Shown here: positions 1 through 10,900 of the stretch, piece after piece | How the letters are laid out: each line of letters opens with the position of its first letter | Numbering within the stretch: position 1 is the stretch's first letter | Source: Macrostomum hystrix | Taxonomy: Eukaryota; Animalia; Platyhelminthes | Assembly: GCA_950097015.1 (NCBI GenBank) | Contig: CATNEN010000038.1 | Coordinates: forward strand, 28,024,001 to 28,088,000 | Direction: 5' to 3' | Length of the DNA stretch: 64,000 nt | Program-made: the position numbers and the translations under genes | Notes under the pieces: model-generated | Told to the model about the DNA's origin: nothing | Seen by the model: only the letters and a program-made list of their open reading frames with translations | Database searches by the model: none

Positions 1-598
1 CAGCCTGTCTTCTACCCTAGCCTGTCTTCTTCCCCAGCCTGTCTTCTACCCCAGCCTCTCTTCTACTCAAGCCTGTCTTCTACCACAGCCTGTCTTCTTC
101 CCCAGCCTGTCTTCTACCCCAGCCTGTCTTCTTCCCCAGCCTGTCTTCTACCCCAGCCTGTCTTCTTCCCCAGCCTGTCTTCTTCCCCAGCCTGTCTTCT
201 TCCCCAGCCTGTCTTCTTCCCCAGCCTGTCTTCTTCCCCAGCCTGTCTTCTACCCCAGCCTGTCTTCTACCCCAGCCTGTCTTCTACCCCAGCCTGTCTT
301 CTACCCCAGCCTGTCTTCTTCCCCAGCCTGTCTTCTACCCCAGCCTCTCTTCTACCCAAGCCTGTCTTCTACCCCAGCCTGTCTTCTACTCCAGCCTGTC
401 TTCTACCCCAGCCTGTCTTCTTCCCCAGCCTGTCTTCTACCCCAGCCAGTCTTCTACCCTAGCCTGTCTTCTACACCAGCGTGATGTCTACCCCAGCCTG
501 TCTTCTACTCCAGCCTGTCTTCTTCCCCAGCCTGTCTTCTACCCCAGCCAGTCTTCTACCCTAGCCTGTCTTCTACACCAGCGTGATGTCTTCCCCAG
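1..598. repeat. 17-bp minisatellite (ccccagcctgtcttcta)
   Basis: Direct tandem periodicity of 17 nt; probably intronic in the tensin-like gene. Confidence 0.95.
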
Positions 599-830
599 CA
601 CTAGAATCATGCGAATGCATGCCATTTGCAATTAAACAACTAAATAAAATTGACTCGATTTAACAAAAAATTTTACTGTTGAAATGAAACCATTCAGCTT
701 TACAACTAGAAAAAAACTCAAGATTTGACACTTCGGAAATAAATTGTGATACTGAATTAATATGCTGAAAAGGCATGACAAAAAGCTTGAAAAAAATTTT
801 TTTTTAGTTAAGGGATTGATATCAGCTCAC

Positions 831-1535
831 CACTTTAAATTGACAATCCGAGTCAGACTGGACATGAAAATAAAAATTATTGCTGTCAAAGAAAATTCAG
901 TATGGCAAGAAAGGAAAAACGCTGCATAAAATTCACTTTTCATTCTGAATTGACAAAGTGATTTTTCTTCTAACAACTTATTCTGATATCATTGATTATA
1001 TGTTCCTAACCTCTTCCCCTTCTCCCTCTTCCCCTCTTCCCCTACTCCCTCTTCCCCTCTTCCCCTTCTCCCCTCTTCCCCTTCCCCCTCTTCCCCTTCT
1101 CCCCTTTTACCCTTCTGCCCTCTTCCCCTTCTCCCTCTTCCCCTTCTCCCCTCTTCCCCTTCTCCCTCTTACCATTCTCCCCTCTTCCCCTTCTCCCTCT
1201 TCCCCTTCTCCCCTCTTCCCCTTCTCACTTCTTCCCCTTCTCCCTCTTACCATTCTCCCCTCTTCCCCTTCTCCCCTCTTACCCTTCTCGCCTCTTTCCC
1301 CTTTCCCATCTTCTCCCTTCGTCACATTTTCTTATCTTCTCATCTTCCCCTGTTACTCCTCTTCCCATCTTCCCCTGCTACACCTCTTCCCATCTTTCCC
1401 TGTTACTCATCTTCCCATCTTTCCCGGTCACCCCTCTTCCAATCTTCCCATCTTTTCATTGAGAACTCACGGCGGTTGCTCTCCAATCTTGACGAGGCCA
1501 AAGTCGCTGCTGCTGCTGCTGCTGCTGCTTTGGAA

Positions 1536-1571
<36 letters not shown>

Positions 1572-1591
1572 GGAGCTGCTGGTGCTGCTGG

Positions 1592-1625
<34 letters not shown>

Positions 1626-1628
1626 GGA

Positions 1629-1661
<33 letters not shown>

Positions 1662-1697
1662 GGAGCTGCTGCTGCTGCTGCTGCTGCTGCTTTGGGA

Positions 1698-1730
<33 letters not shown>

Positions 1731-3909
1731 GGAGCTGCTGGTGCTGCTGCTGCTGCTTTAGGAGCTGCTGCTGCTGCTGCTGTTGCTGCTTTGGGAGCTG
1801 CTGGTGCTGCTGCACTCTAGTCTTGGTGGCGAACATCTGGGCTTGCAGCTCCTGCAGTCGGCGCTCCAGTAGATCACGTGATTTGGCCAGATTTTCTTGC
1901 TCCTCTAAACAGACGAGAAATCGATATTATCCATGTCATAACTATGTTATAAATAGTTCAAATTTTGACATTCTCTCACCGAACTGCTCGCTAAATCGTC
2001 TGACACCATCGTCAACGGGTTCACCGGCAGCGCCAGTGGCAACAGCCGCTCTATGCCTGCCCCGACTCGGCAAACTGCCCAGCTGCGGATGCCTGAAACG
2101 GCGCTCCCAAAGTGGTGGCTGCTGCTGCAACCGGTTCGGTACTTCGCCAAGTTGGATTTGAATGTCGCCTGCGATTCGGGTTAGACGGAAAGAAAGTGAT
2201 GTAGTGAGGCGGGGGGGTTTTAAAGTATACATCTGTGCCCTATCCTTCGGGGGTGAGTGATAGCGGTAAACGTGTCTGCCTCTTGCATGAAGGTCCTGAG
2301 CTCGATTCTGTTGTGAGGCCACGTTCATTTGGGGCGCAGCCGCGGAGAGTGAGTATCTGTGTGCGTGTGTGCTCAGGAGTCTGCGAAATTGGCAGAATTG
2401 CCTCCTCGCTGGCTGCAGGTCCACTGTCACCAAATGTTGTGTCCCTTCCCGCAGCCTTCGAGGAATTATTATTATTTGCCTCACCTTCAGGTGTTGAGTA
2501 CGTCGACTTTGGAGAATCGAAATATTCCATAGAATGCTCTTCTGAAAGCATTGGTGGACCATTTTGATGACGAACGCTGCGCCATTGGCTCTCGTACCGC
2601 TGTTGTTGCTGATGATGCAGCCGGTGAAACGACTGGCGCTCGAGCCGTTGCTCCAGCTGCCGGTGGTGATGGCCAGCATCGCGATGCCGAGGCTTGGACA
2701 GATGATTGACAGGCGAAGCAGCACGTTCCGATCGAAACGACTGCTGTCTGAGCGGTTGAAACTCGTCACCGTAGTCTCCTTCGTAGTCGGACTGTGCGTC
2801 GTTGAACTGGTCGAATTCGCCGCCATCCGGCTGATGATGCAGCATTCGCCGAACTTGTCTTTGGATCTTTTGGCGAGTGCGCGCCAGCTCCGCGGTCAGC
2901 TGACGCTCTCGATCCGTGTCCGCAGCCAGCTGTTGCTTCGACGCTGCGACGGTCGCCTCCGCGTCAGCGTTTGTCGCCGCAGTTGGCCTACCAACGCTGA
3001 GTAGGCCTTCCAGTAGGCTGTCCAGATCCTTGCTTGACTTCTTTTCGTCGAGATCATTGTTGACCAAATGCTTGACTCCGGCTGTAGTCCTCGGAGGCGG
3101 CGTCGGAGGCCTCAGCGACTGCAGCGGCTGAATGCTTGGCGATGACTCTGGCCTGTAGCCGATGTTGGCTGCAGGTGAGTTAATTCGGTTATTAGAATTG
3201 GCATTGAAACTGTAGCTTTAACATTGGAAAGTCCACGTTGGGCTATTTAAAATACCCATTTTTTCTTTTACATATCCCCAAAAATATTCAAATATTCGTC
3301 ATTAAAATCCAGAAAACTTTGGAAAAAAGACAGCATTAAAGACAATTTTTCTGCTCACACAATTTAACGCTGTCGGCTATTATTGTGCATATTATATTGT
3401 TTATTAGGTTTTTACCTAAGCTGTTGAATTGGTAACCAGCGTAATTAAGGGTGGGTGTGGCGTCCCCCAGTCCATGGACTGAACAGCCGTACGCAGCCTT
3501 CCGGATGTACCCAACCCTTAACTACCCCAGCTAATGCTGGTGCCAATTAACAGCTGGGTGAACTGAAGCATAGAAGATATAGAAGATATTCGTCCTGTTA
3601 TTAACAATCAACTTACTGTCAAAAATCATTGAAAATCTGCTCTTCGGTCTACTAGCCGATAAGTCCGACATTTTTGTGTCTCTAAATTTTTGTTGTTTAT
3701 CAAAAGCAGGCCTTAATATAATTTGCATTGTTCACAAATATTGATATTATTCGGTCAAAAGGCAGTTGGGCTGTTCATAGTCCAGAGGGTTCTGCGCAAT
3801 TAGGTAACCTTCTATGCCACACAAGGATAAGTTCAAGGCTATTGGACATGTGGTCCAGGACTCTCTGGCCATTGCGTCTCTTCTCTCTCCATCTTTCAGC
3901 ATGTGTGGA

Positions 3910-3954
<45 letters not shown>

Positions 3955-5554
3955 CCTTTCACTTCTTTATCCGGTACGAGATTGAATCGATAATACTTCT
4001 ATCCTTCGCTAGCAAGCCTCTTATAGAGGCGTATAGACTGCGTATAGACCGTCTGTCTGGCATGCTAGGATTTTCCTCTCCTTCGAATTAAATGTCCTAG
4101 TGTCTCTTAACACTGCCAATTTTCCCTAACAAAATACTTAATTATACTCTGCAACTTTTCAACTACTTTTCTTAGAAAACAAATTGGCATCTTGCCAGGA
4201 ATACGACTAATTCCTCAGGTAGCTGTCCTCAACTCTCCTTCAGTTCCTCAGGTAGCTGTCCTCAACTCCCCTTCAGTTCCTCAGGTAGCTGTCCTCAACT
4301 CCCCTTCAGTTCCTCAGGTAGCTGTCCTCAACTCTCCTTCAGTTCCTCAGGTAGCTGTCCTCAACTCCCCTTCAGTTCCTCAGGTAGCTGTCCTCAACTC
4401 TCCTTCAGTTCCTCAGGTAGCTGTCCTCAACTCTCCTTCAGTTCCTCAGGTAGCTGTCCTCAACTCCCCTTCAGTTCCTCAGGTAGCTGTCCTCAACTCC
4501 CCTTCAGTTCCTCAGGTAGCTGTCCTCAACTCTCCTTCAGTTCCTCAGGTAGCTGTCCTCAACTCCCCTTCAGTTCCTCAGGTAGCTGTCCTCAACTCTC
4601 CTTCAGTTCCTCAGGTAGCTGTCCTCAACTCCCCTTCAGTTCCTCAGGTAGCTGTCCTCAACTCCCCTTCAGTTCCTCAGGTAGCTGTCCTCAACTCTCC
4701 TTCAGTTCCTCAGGTAGCTGTCCTCAACTCTCCTTCAGTTCCTCAGGTAGCTGTCCTCAACTCTCCTTCAGTTCCTCAGGTAGCTGTCCTCAACTCTACT
4801 TCAGTTCCTCAGGTAGCTGTCCTCAACTCTCCTTCAGTTCCTCAGGTAGCTGTCCTCAACTCTCCTTCAGTTCCTCAGGTAGCTGTCCTCAACTCTCCTT
4901 CAGTTCCTCAGGTAGCTGTCCTCAACTCTACTTCAGTTCCTCAGGTAGCTGTCCTCAACTCTCCTTCAGTTCCTCAGGTAGCTGTCCTCAACTCTCCTTC
5001 AGTTCCTCAGGTAGCTGTACTCAACTCTCCTTCAGTTCCTCAGGTAGCTGTCCTCAACTCTACTTCAGTTCCTCAGGTAGCTGTCCTCAACTCTCCTTCA
5101 GTTCCTCAGGTAGCTGTCCTCAACTCTCCTTCAGTTCCTCAGGTAGCTGTCCTCAACTCTCTTTCAGTTCCTCAGGTAGCTGTCCTCAACTCTCCTTCAG
5201 TTCCTCAGGTAGCTGTCCTCAACTCTCCTTCAGTTCCTCAGGTAGCTGTCCTCAACTCTACTTCAGTTCCTCAGGTAGCTGTCCTCAACTCTCCTTCAGT
5301 TCCTCAGGTAGCTGTCCTCAACTCTCCTTCAGTTCCTCAGGTAGCTGTCCTCAACTCTCCTTCAGTTCCTTAGGTAGCTTAAATCCTAAGTCTTAAGAAT
5401 AAACAGAAAAGTGCTCACAGCTCGCACCGCAGCCTGAGTCGTCTCCAGCTGATGATTCCTCAATCCAATCGCCATCAGCGGTCCTCTTCACAATGGCGTA
5501 CAGGTTCCCATCTAATGGGCCGGAGCAGTATTGTTGGAGTGCGCTGGCCCACAT
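831..5554 (-). CDS. Tensin-like protein, 5' part; continues beyond the left edge
   Basis: Phase-consistent exons 5554-5419 (ATG; MWASALQQYCSGPLDGNLYAIVKR...), 3168-2485, 2168-1980, 1904-1471 and a possible 27-nt micro-exon 857-831, all GT-AG. GPLDGNLYAIVK resembles the tensin motif GPLDGSLYAKVK; DLDSLLEGLL is LD-motif-like. The diagnostic SH2/PTB domains are not in the window. Confidence 0.6.
1010..1455. repeat. CT-rich low-complexity repeat (intronic)
   Basis: Degenerate tctcccctcttcccct units. Confidence 0.9.
2249..2477 (+). mobile_element. tRNA-derived SINE family 1, internally deleted copy
   Basis: Degenerate tRNA-like head (gtgatagcggtaaac...gctcgattct), body gtatctgtgtgcgtgtgtgctcaggagtc...aattgcctcct shared with copies at 8227-8533 and 39270-39641, (TTA)n tail; lies in the intron 2169-2484. 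Confidence 0.8.
3418..3510 (+). mobile_element. SINE family 2, truncated copy
   Basis: ggtgggtgtggcgtccccagtccatggactgaacagccgtacgcagccttc is nearly identical to about 60929-60982. Confidence 0.75.
4211..5380. repeat. 33-bp minisatellite (cctcaggtagctgtcctcaactctccttcagtt)
   Basis: About 35 near-identical copies; the 393-aa PQVAVLNSPSV ORF is a by-product. Confidence 0.97.
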
Positions 5555-6079
5555 TACTCAATGTTTGGATTATAGCCAAACTTCTAAAAGTAACTTTGAG
5601 TCTTCTGTTAAATTTCGAAAATTTCTTTCGCGCTATAACAAAAAGATTCCAAATTAGTGTGACAGAGAGAGAGAGAGAGATAATAAGTGAGAGAAACAGA
5701 CCAAAGCAATGCGATGGGAGACAAAAGTTTGTGAAGAGAAAACTCAAAGGCACAGAGATGCTCACGGTGCAGTGAGAAGGCTTTGGAGTTGGTCTACTCA
5801 AATAACCGCTTTAGCATGATTGTGGTCGTCGCTAGCGCAGTAAATAGCGCTTTGGCTTCTGTTTTTTAATGCCCCCAGCGTTCATTCTGTGCTAGCTCCT
5901 TTTTCCACCGTTTTGTTCAGTTTCATGCGTGCGCCCGTGGGCTGGTTCAGAAATTAAAGCTCTTTTTTTATCTTTCAAGCGTTTTCATTCTTAGGTATGA
6001 GCCCTCTTTCTTTTAAAGAGAGTGCGCTTAGTAAAAACACATCTTTTAAGTTTATTCACCATCGTAAAACTTTCTCTTT

Positions 6080-6196
6080 CTATCTATCTATCGATCTATC
6101 TATCTATCTATCGATCTTTCTTATCTATATATCTATCTATCTTATCTATCTATCTATCTATCTTTCTATCTATCTATCTATCGTTCTATCCATCTA
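6080..6196. repeat. (TATC)n microsatellite
   Basis: Direct inspection. Confidence 0.95.
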
Positions 6197-7999
6197 TTGT
6201 ATTCTTAACTCAACGCAAGAATATTTCGTAAAAAGAAACAATTATTGTGCAGCGGTTAAATTGTTTGATGCGAGCTGCCTTCCTGACAAAGCACTAAATT
6301 ACAGCTGGAGCCATAAGTTGTGTCTAGGCCATGCAAAAAACTTTTGGCGATAATAAAACGACAAGTTTATTAGCATTGACAGTGCGACTTAAACTCGCAT
6401 CTTAAAATTCATTGTTGCGCTGCACTCGACCGGTGCAATTTAAAAAAAGCTCTTTCGCGGTTTGCTAGCCCGTTCTCTATACAGTATTTAATGCAACCTC
6501 ACAATCTATAGCTGTCATAAAATGAACTATATCTTTAGAAATAAGATCTTAGATCCCTTACTAATACAGACCTTTTAGGGACCCAGACTAATGTTTATAG
6601 TACGCATTTCATTGCATCAACAATGCACTGTAGGCTTTTGGAAACCGAATCTTAATTGCTATATATGCACAGGACAGGATTTTGCAAATCAATGAAACCA
6701 ATTCAATATCACAGGAATACATTACATGACAAAAAACACTTGGCAATGCGATCTTTGCTTTTTTAAATCACTTTTTAAATCAATCACTTTGACTTAAGGT
6801 GAATTTCACTTCAGATTTGAATATCTGGTGATCATATCTGATCTGATCTAATCAGAATATCAGATTTGAATATCACTATGCCTTTGAAGTTATAGGGAAA
6901 TTTAACGAGCCTATTGACATTGTGATGGAGACAGCCCACAATCCCCATTTGGACATTTATAAAATGTTTAAAGTCAGACTTAACGACAAAGCGCGCATGT
7001 TTTTGCGGCAGAGTAAAACAATATATCCTGCTGATACAGCAGCATACGTGCTTAAGTCATAAAAAATTATCTACTTTTGACTAGCGGTGTAAAAAGAAGC
7101 AGTCGAAATCGGAAACATTTTTACAAAGTTTATTTTCTTGGAGTATTCGAAGAATTGTATTTAAGTTCTGTACAACGGCTATTTCTTTTCAGATATTCTA
7201 CATGAAACAGTGGCACTAATTTATCTATCTCGATAGATCCTCAGTTTACAAATTTTTCTCTTACAGATTTATTTGTAAGCACCTAAATTTACACGACATG
7301 GAATAAAATGTATATTAGTGTAATGTATATCAATGTATATTAATATATAACGTATATACTATACAAATATACAAATACATATATATCGTAAATCATGTAA
7401 AAACATTACATAAAGGAAGCTAGAGACTAGAATAACAGAAAGTTTTTTATTCTGTGCTTATAGGGCCTATTAGCTAATAAACTGATTCTGAAATTTGTAC
7501 TTAATTTGTAAAAGTGTCAAAAGGTTATACACAATACAATGTTTTAAAAAAAATATTTTATAAAATGTATTGTGTTTAAAAATGCTCCAATTAAATATAT
7601 AGGGGTATTTAGATTTGATTTATTCTCTCCAGGCTATGCTATAAGAAATAAAATTTGTTAAAACATTCTGTTTATAACCTTGTTGAGTGTTATCTTTGCC
7701 AATAATTTCTTTCTGAGGTCTAGGTCTCAGACGTAAAAAATAGTAAAATAATTAATTTCTAGTCACTTAGTCATACTGTTTTTGTACAGTGAAATATGTG
7801 CCTAAATATTTTCCTAGGCCTTGGTCACTTTGTCATATACTTATTTTCATCATATAGTTTTTTATTCACATTTTTATCTAGTATATTGCAGCTATAAATA
7901 ATGATAGTGTTACTGTTAGCTTATAGTTTTAGTTTATAGCAAATTCTTTTAATGCTTTTATAATGCTTTTCCTTTCAGCCTAAAAGTTACTAATTATAA

Positions 8000-10900
8000 A
8001 TGTCGCAAAAGCAGCAAACAAAAAAGAAAACTGGCTCTAGCAATGATGAAAAAATTGAATCAGGTAAGTGTGGCTTAAAATAAATAAATTTAGATTGCAA
8101 CTGAAATCCAACTTTTCTGTATTATACAAGTATCTTAATAAGCTAGTCACAATATGCAATTTAATTAGCTAGGTTTATCTTTAATAACTGAATTACCTTC
8201 TATTATCTATCTAAAGGCAATCACCAATATAATGATAATAATACTTACCAGAGGGCTGCAGGCAATGGCACATCATTTAGTAACATGACCTGCAACCAGC
8301 AAGGATGCAATTCTGTCCATTTCACTTACTCCTGAGCATACACACACACACACACACACACACACAGATACCATACGCAGGCACACACTCACAGGTGTTT
8401 ACATCTGCCCTGACTTTCCCATTGTCAGGCTGTGTACACCCTCAATGTGCCTTGGAGGTTGGCCCTCAAGGGTGTAAACTGCACGACAAGCCCCCAAGCC
8501 TTCTCTTAGCGCCTGCGCCCCAAATGAATGTCTAAAGCTTGTTTGATGGCGAGGAAAAAAGTATCATTGTTATCCCAATCAATTTCGTAATGACATCCAC
8601 CTTTTTTTGTTCAAAAAACGAACTATAAATTTTTCAACAGAAGGCTCAACAATTCGTCAGCAACCGCAGTCTCAACAGCAGCAGCAGCAGAAGGCATCGC
8701 CAAGTAGTACTCCTCGTCCAGCCGCAGCAGCAGCCGCTGCTGTTTACGAAGACGATGACGAAGACTCGGAACTGGGCGCTGTCGGCGGCGCCAGAGGTCA
8801 GCTTTGGCGCGAAGTTGGCGTTCACCGATCGACACCCGCTTCGTCGGCGGCTCCGTCTGGCGCGGTTGGAGGCGGTGTCGGCGGAGGCGGCGGTAACAGC
8901 AGTCGCCTATCGCAAGTGTCCGGGGTGTCGCGCATTTCCCGCGATTCCGGCATCCCGGACATGACATTCGAATATCACCCGGTGCCGATTGTGCTCAGCT
9001 TGGGCCAGCTGCAGCGGTCTCTGCCAGCTAGCGTCGGCCCTAGCGGCGGAGAGGGCACTCAGTCGCCGCCTACGCGAGATCCCGGCCTAGACGGCCTGAA
9101 AGAGGAGGAGGCGGAGAGTTCGCCAGCAGATTTTGAGCACGATTTTAAGAAGTCCAGCACTATGGGAGATGGTAAGATTGTGCGCTACCGCCTTTAGATA
9201 TCGATTTAAAACGGCATTTCTCCTCTGTTTAGATCCCAATCAACCATGGGTCAAATCTGGTAAAAATGATCCCAATTTTTATTCAGATCCTATGCGAAGA
9301 TCCTGAAATTCAAGTATCAACACCATTCTCTTGTTACATTTTATTGCATTTTTAGATCCCATCGCCGCGATCCTCAACTCTGATCCCATTAGTAGATCCC
9401 ATTCTGCAGATCCTCAATATCAAACTGTGATCCCATTCTGTAGATATTCAATTTTAAACTTGGATCCCATTCTGCAGATCCTCAATTTTTAACTTTTATC
9501 CCATTCTGTAGATCCGCAATTTTAAACTCTGATCCCATTCTGCAGATCCTCAAATTAAATTTATGATCCCATTCTGCAGATCCTCAATTTTAAACTTGGA
9601 TCCCATTCTGCAGATCCTCAATTTTTTACTTTTATCTTATTCTGTAGATCCGCAATTTTAAACTCTGATCCCATTCTGCAGATCCTCAACTTTAAACTCT
9701 GATCCCATTCCGTTGATCCTCAATTTTCAACTCTGATCCCATTCCATTGATCCTCAATTTTCAACTCTGATCCCATTCTGTAGAACCTCAAATTATATTT
9801 TTGATCCCGTTACGTTGATCCTTAATTTAGAACTCTGATCGCATTCCGTTGATCCTCGATTTTAAACTCTGATCCCATTCCGTTGATCCTCAATTTTAAA
9901 CTCTGATCCCATTCCGTTGATCCTCAATTTTAAACTCTGATCCCATTCCGTTGATCCTCAATTTTAAACTCTGATCCCATTCCGTTGATCCTCAATTTTA
10001 AACTCTGATCCCATTCCGTTCATCCTCAATTTTAAACTAATCCCATTTTTTAGATTCCAATTTCTTAGATTTTAACGTAGGGATTCCTTTGGAAGATTCC
10101 AAAATTCAAATTGAAACTATTTTCCCTAGATCCCAATTTCAAAGTCGAATCCCGTTATTTCGCTGCCTGTCCATCTCAGACCAGTCTCTCTACATGGAGT
10201 CGACCGCCGGAGTGTCAGAATTCGCCGACAACGACGATGACGAAGAGCAGAGCCTGGAGCGAGCCAAACTGCTCGGCCAGCTGGAGGTCCTGTCGGCGGA
10301 GGCGGAGCTGGCCCTTCGTCAGCGAGCCGAGCTGGCAGCCGAATGCGAGCGCCTTCGGTCGCTGGCCGAGGGCGGCCCGGAGACGCGGCGAGAGCTGGAC
10401 GCCGCCCAGACTGAGCGAGCCAGGCTCCGACTAGCGCTGGAGGATCGTGCCGCGGAGGCTCGGACTCTGACTGCTGAATTGGAGGCCGCTAATAGGGCTA
10501 GCGCTGATCTCAGGCAGCAGGTTGTTGGACTGCAGGTGAGAATTCAACTGGCTTGTCTATCGGGCACTCTTTGTTCGATTTTCGATTCTGTCTAAAACTC
10601 TTTGTTCTATTTTCGATTTTGTCTAAAACTCTTTGTTCTATTTTCGATTCTATCTGACACTCTTTGTTCTATTTTAAAATTTGTAACAATTTTTTCTTCT
10701 GTCACTCTTTGTTCTTTTTTTAATACCTTCTGTCACTCTTAGTTTTATTTACAATTCTATCCGTCGCTTTTTGGTATTTTTTCGATTCTGCCTGTCACTC
10801 TTTGTTCTATTTTCACTACACCACTCTTGATCCTAATGCCAAGTCTGCCCCTCCGATCCCAATGCAAACAGGACTGCCTAGACGCCCGTCAGGAGACTGT

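Noticed and set aside
1476-1820. Poly-Ala antifreeze-like and poly-Leu ORFs on the plus strand
   Set aside because: Antisense shadows of the poly-Gln exon.
2605-2640. CTGATGA...GAAAC as a second hammerhead
   Set aside because: No stem II or stem I pairing; antisense to a coding exon.
3747-3990. Poly-Ala ORF as an extra tensin exon
   Set aside because: Flanking exons join in phase without it; splice signals are weak; best explained by a (CTG)n microsatellite.
4192-5373. 393-aa PQVAVLNSPSV repeat ORF
   Set aside because: 33-bp array inside an intron of an opposite-strand gene.
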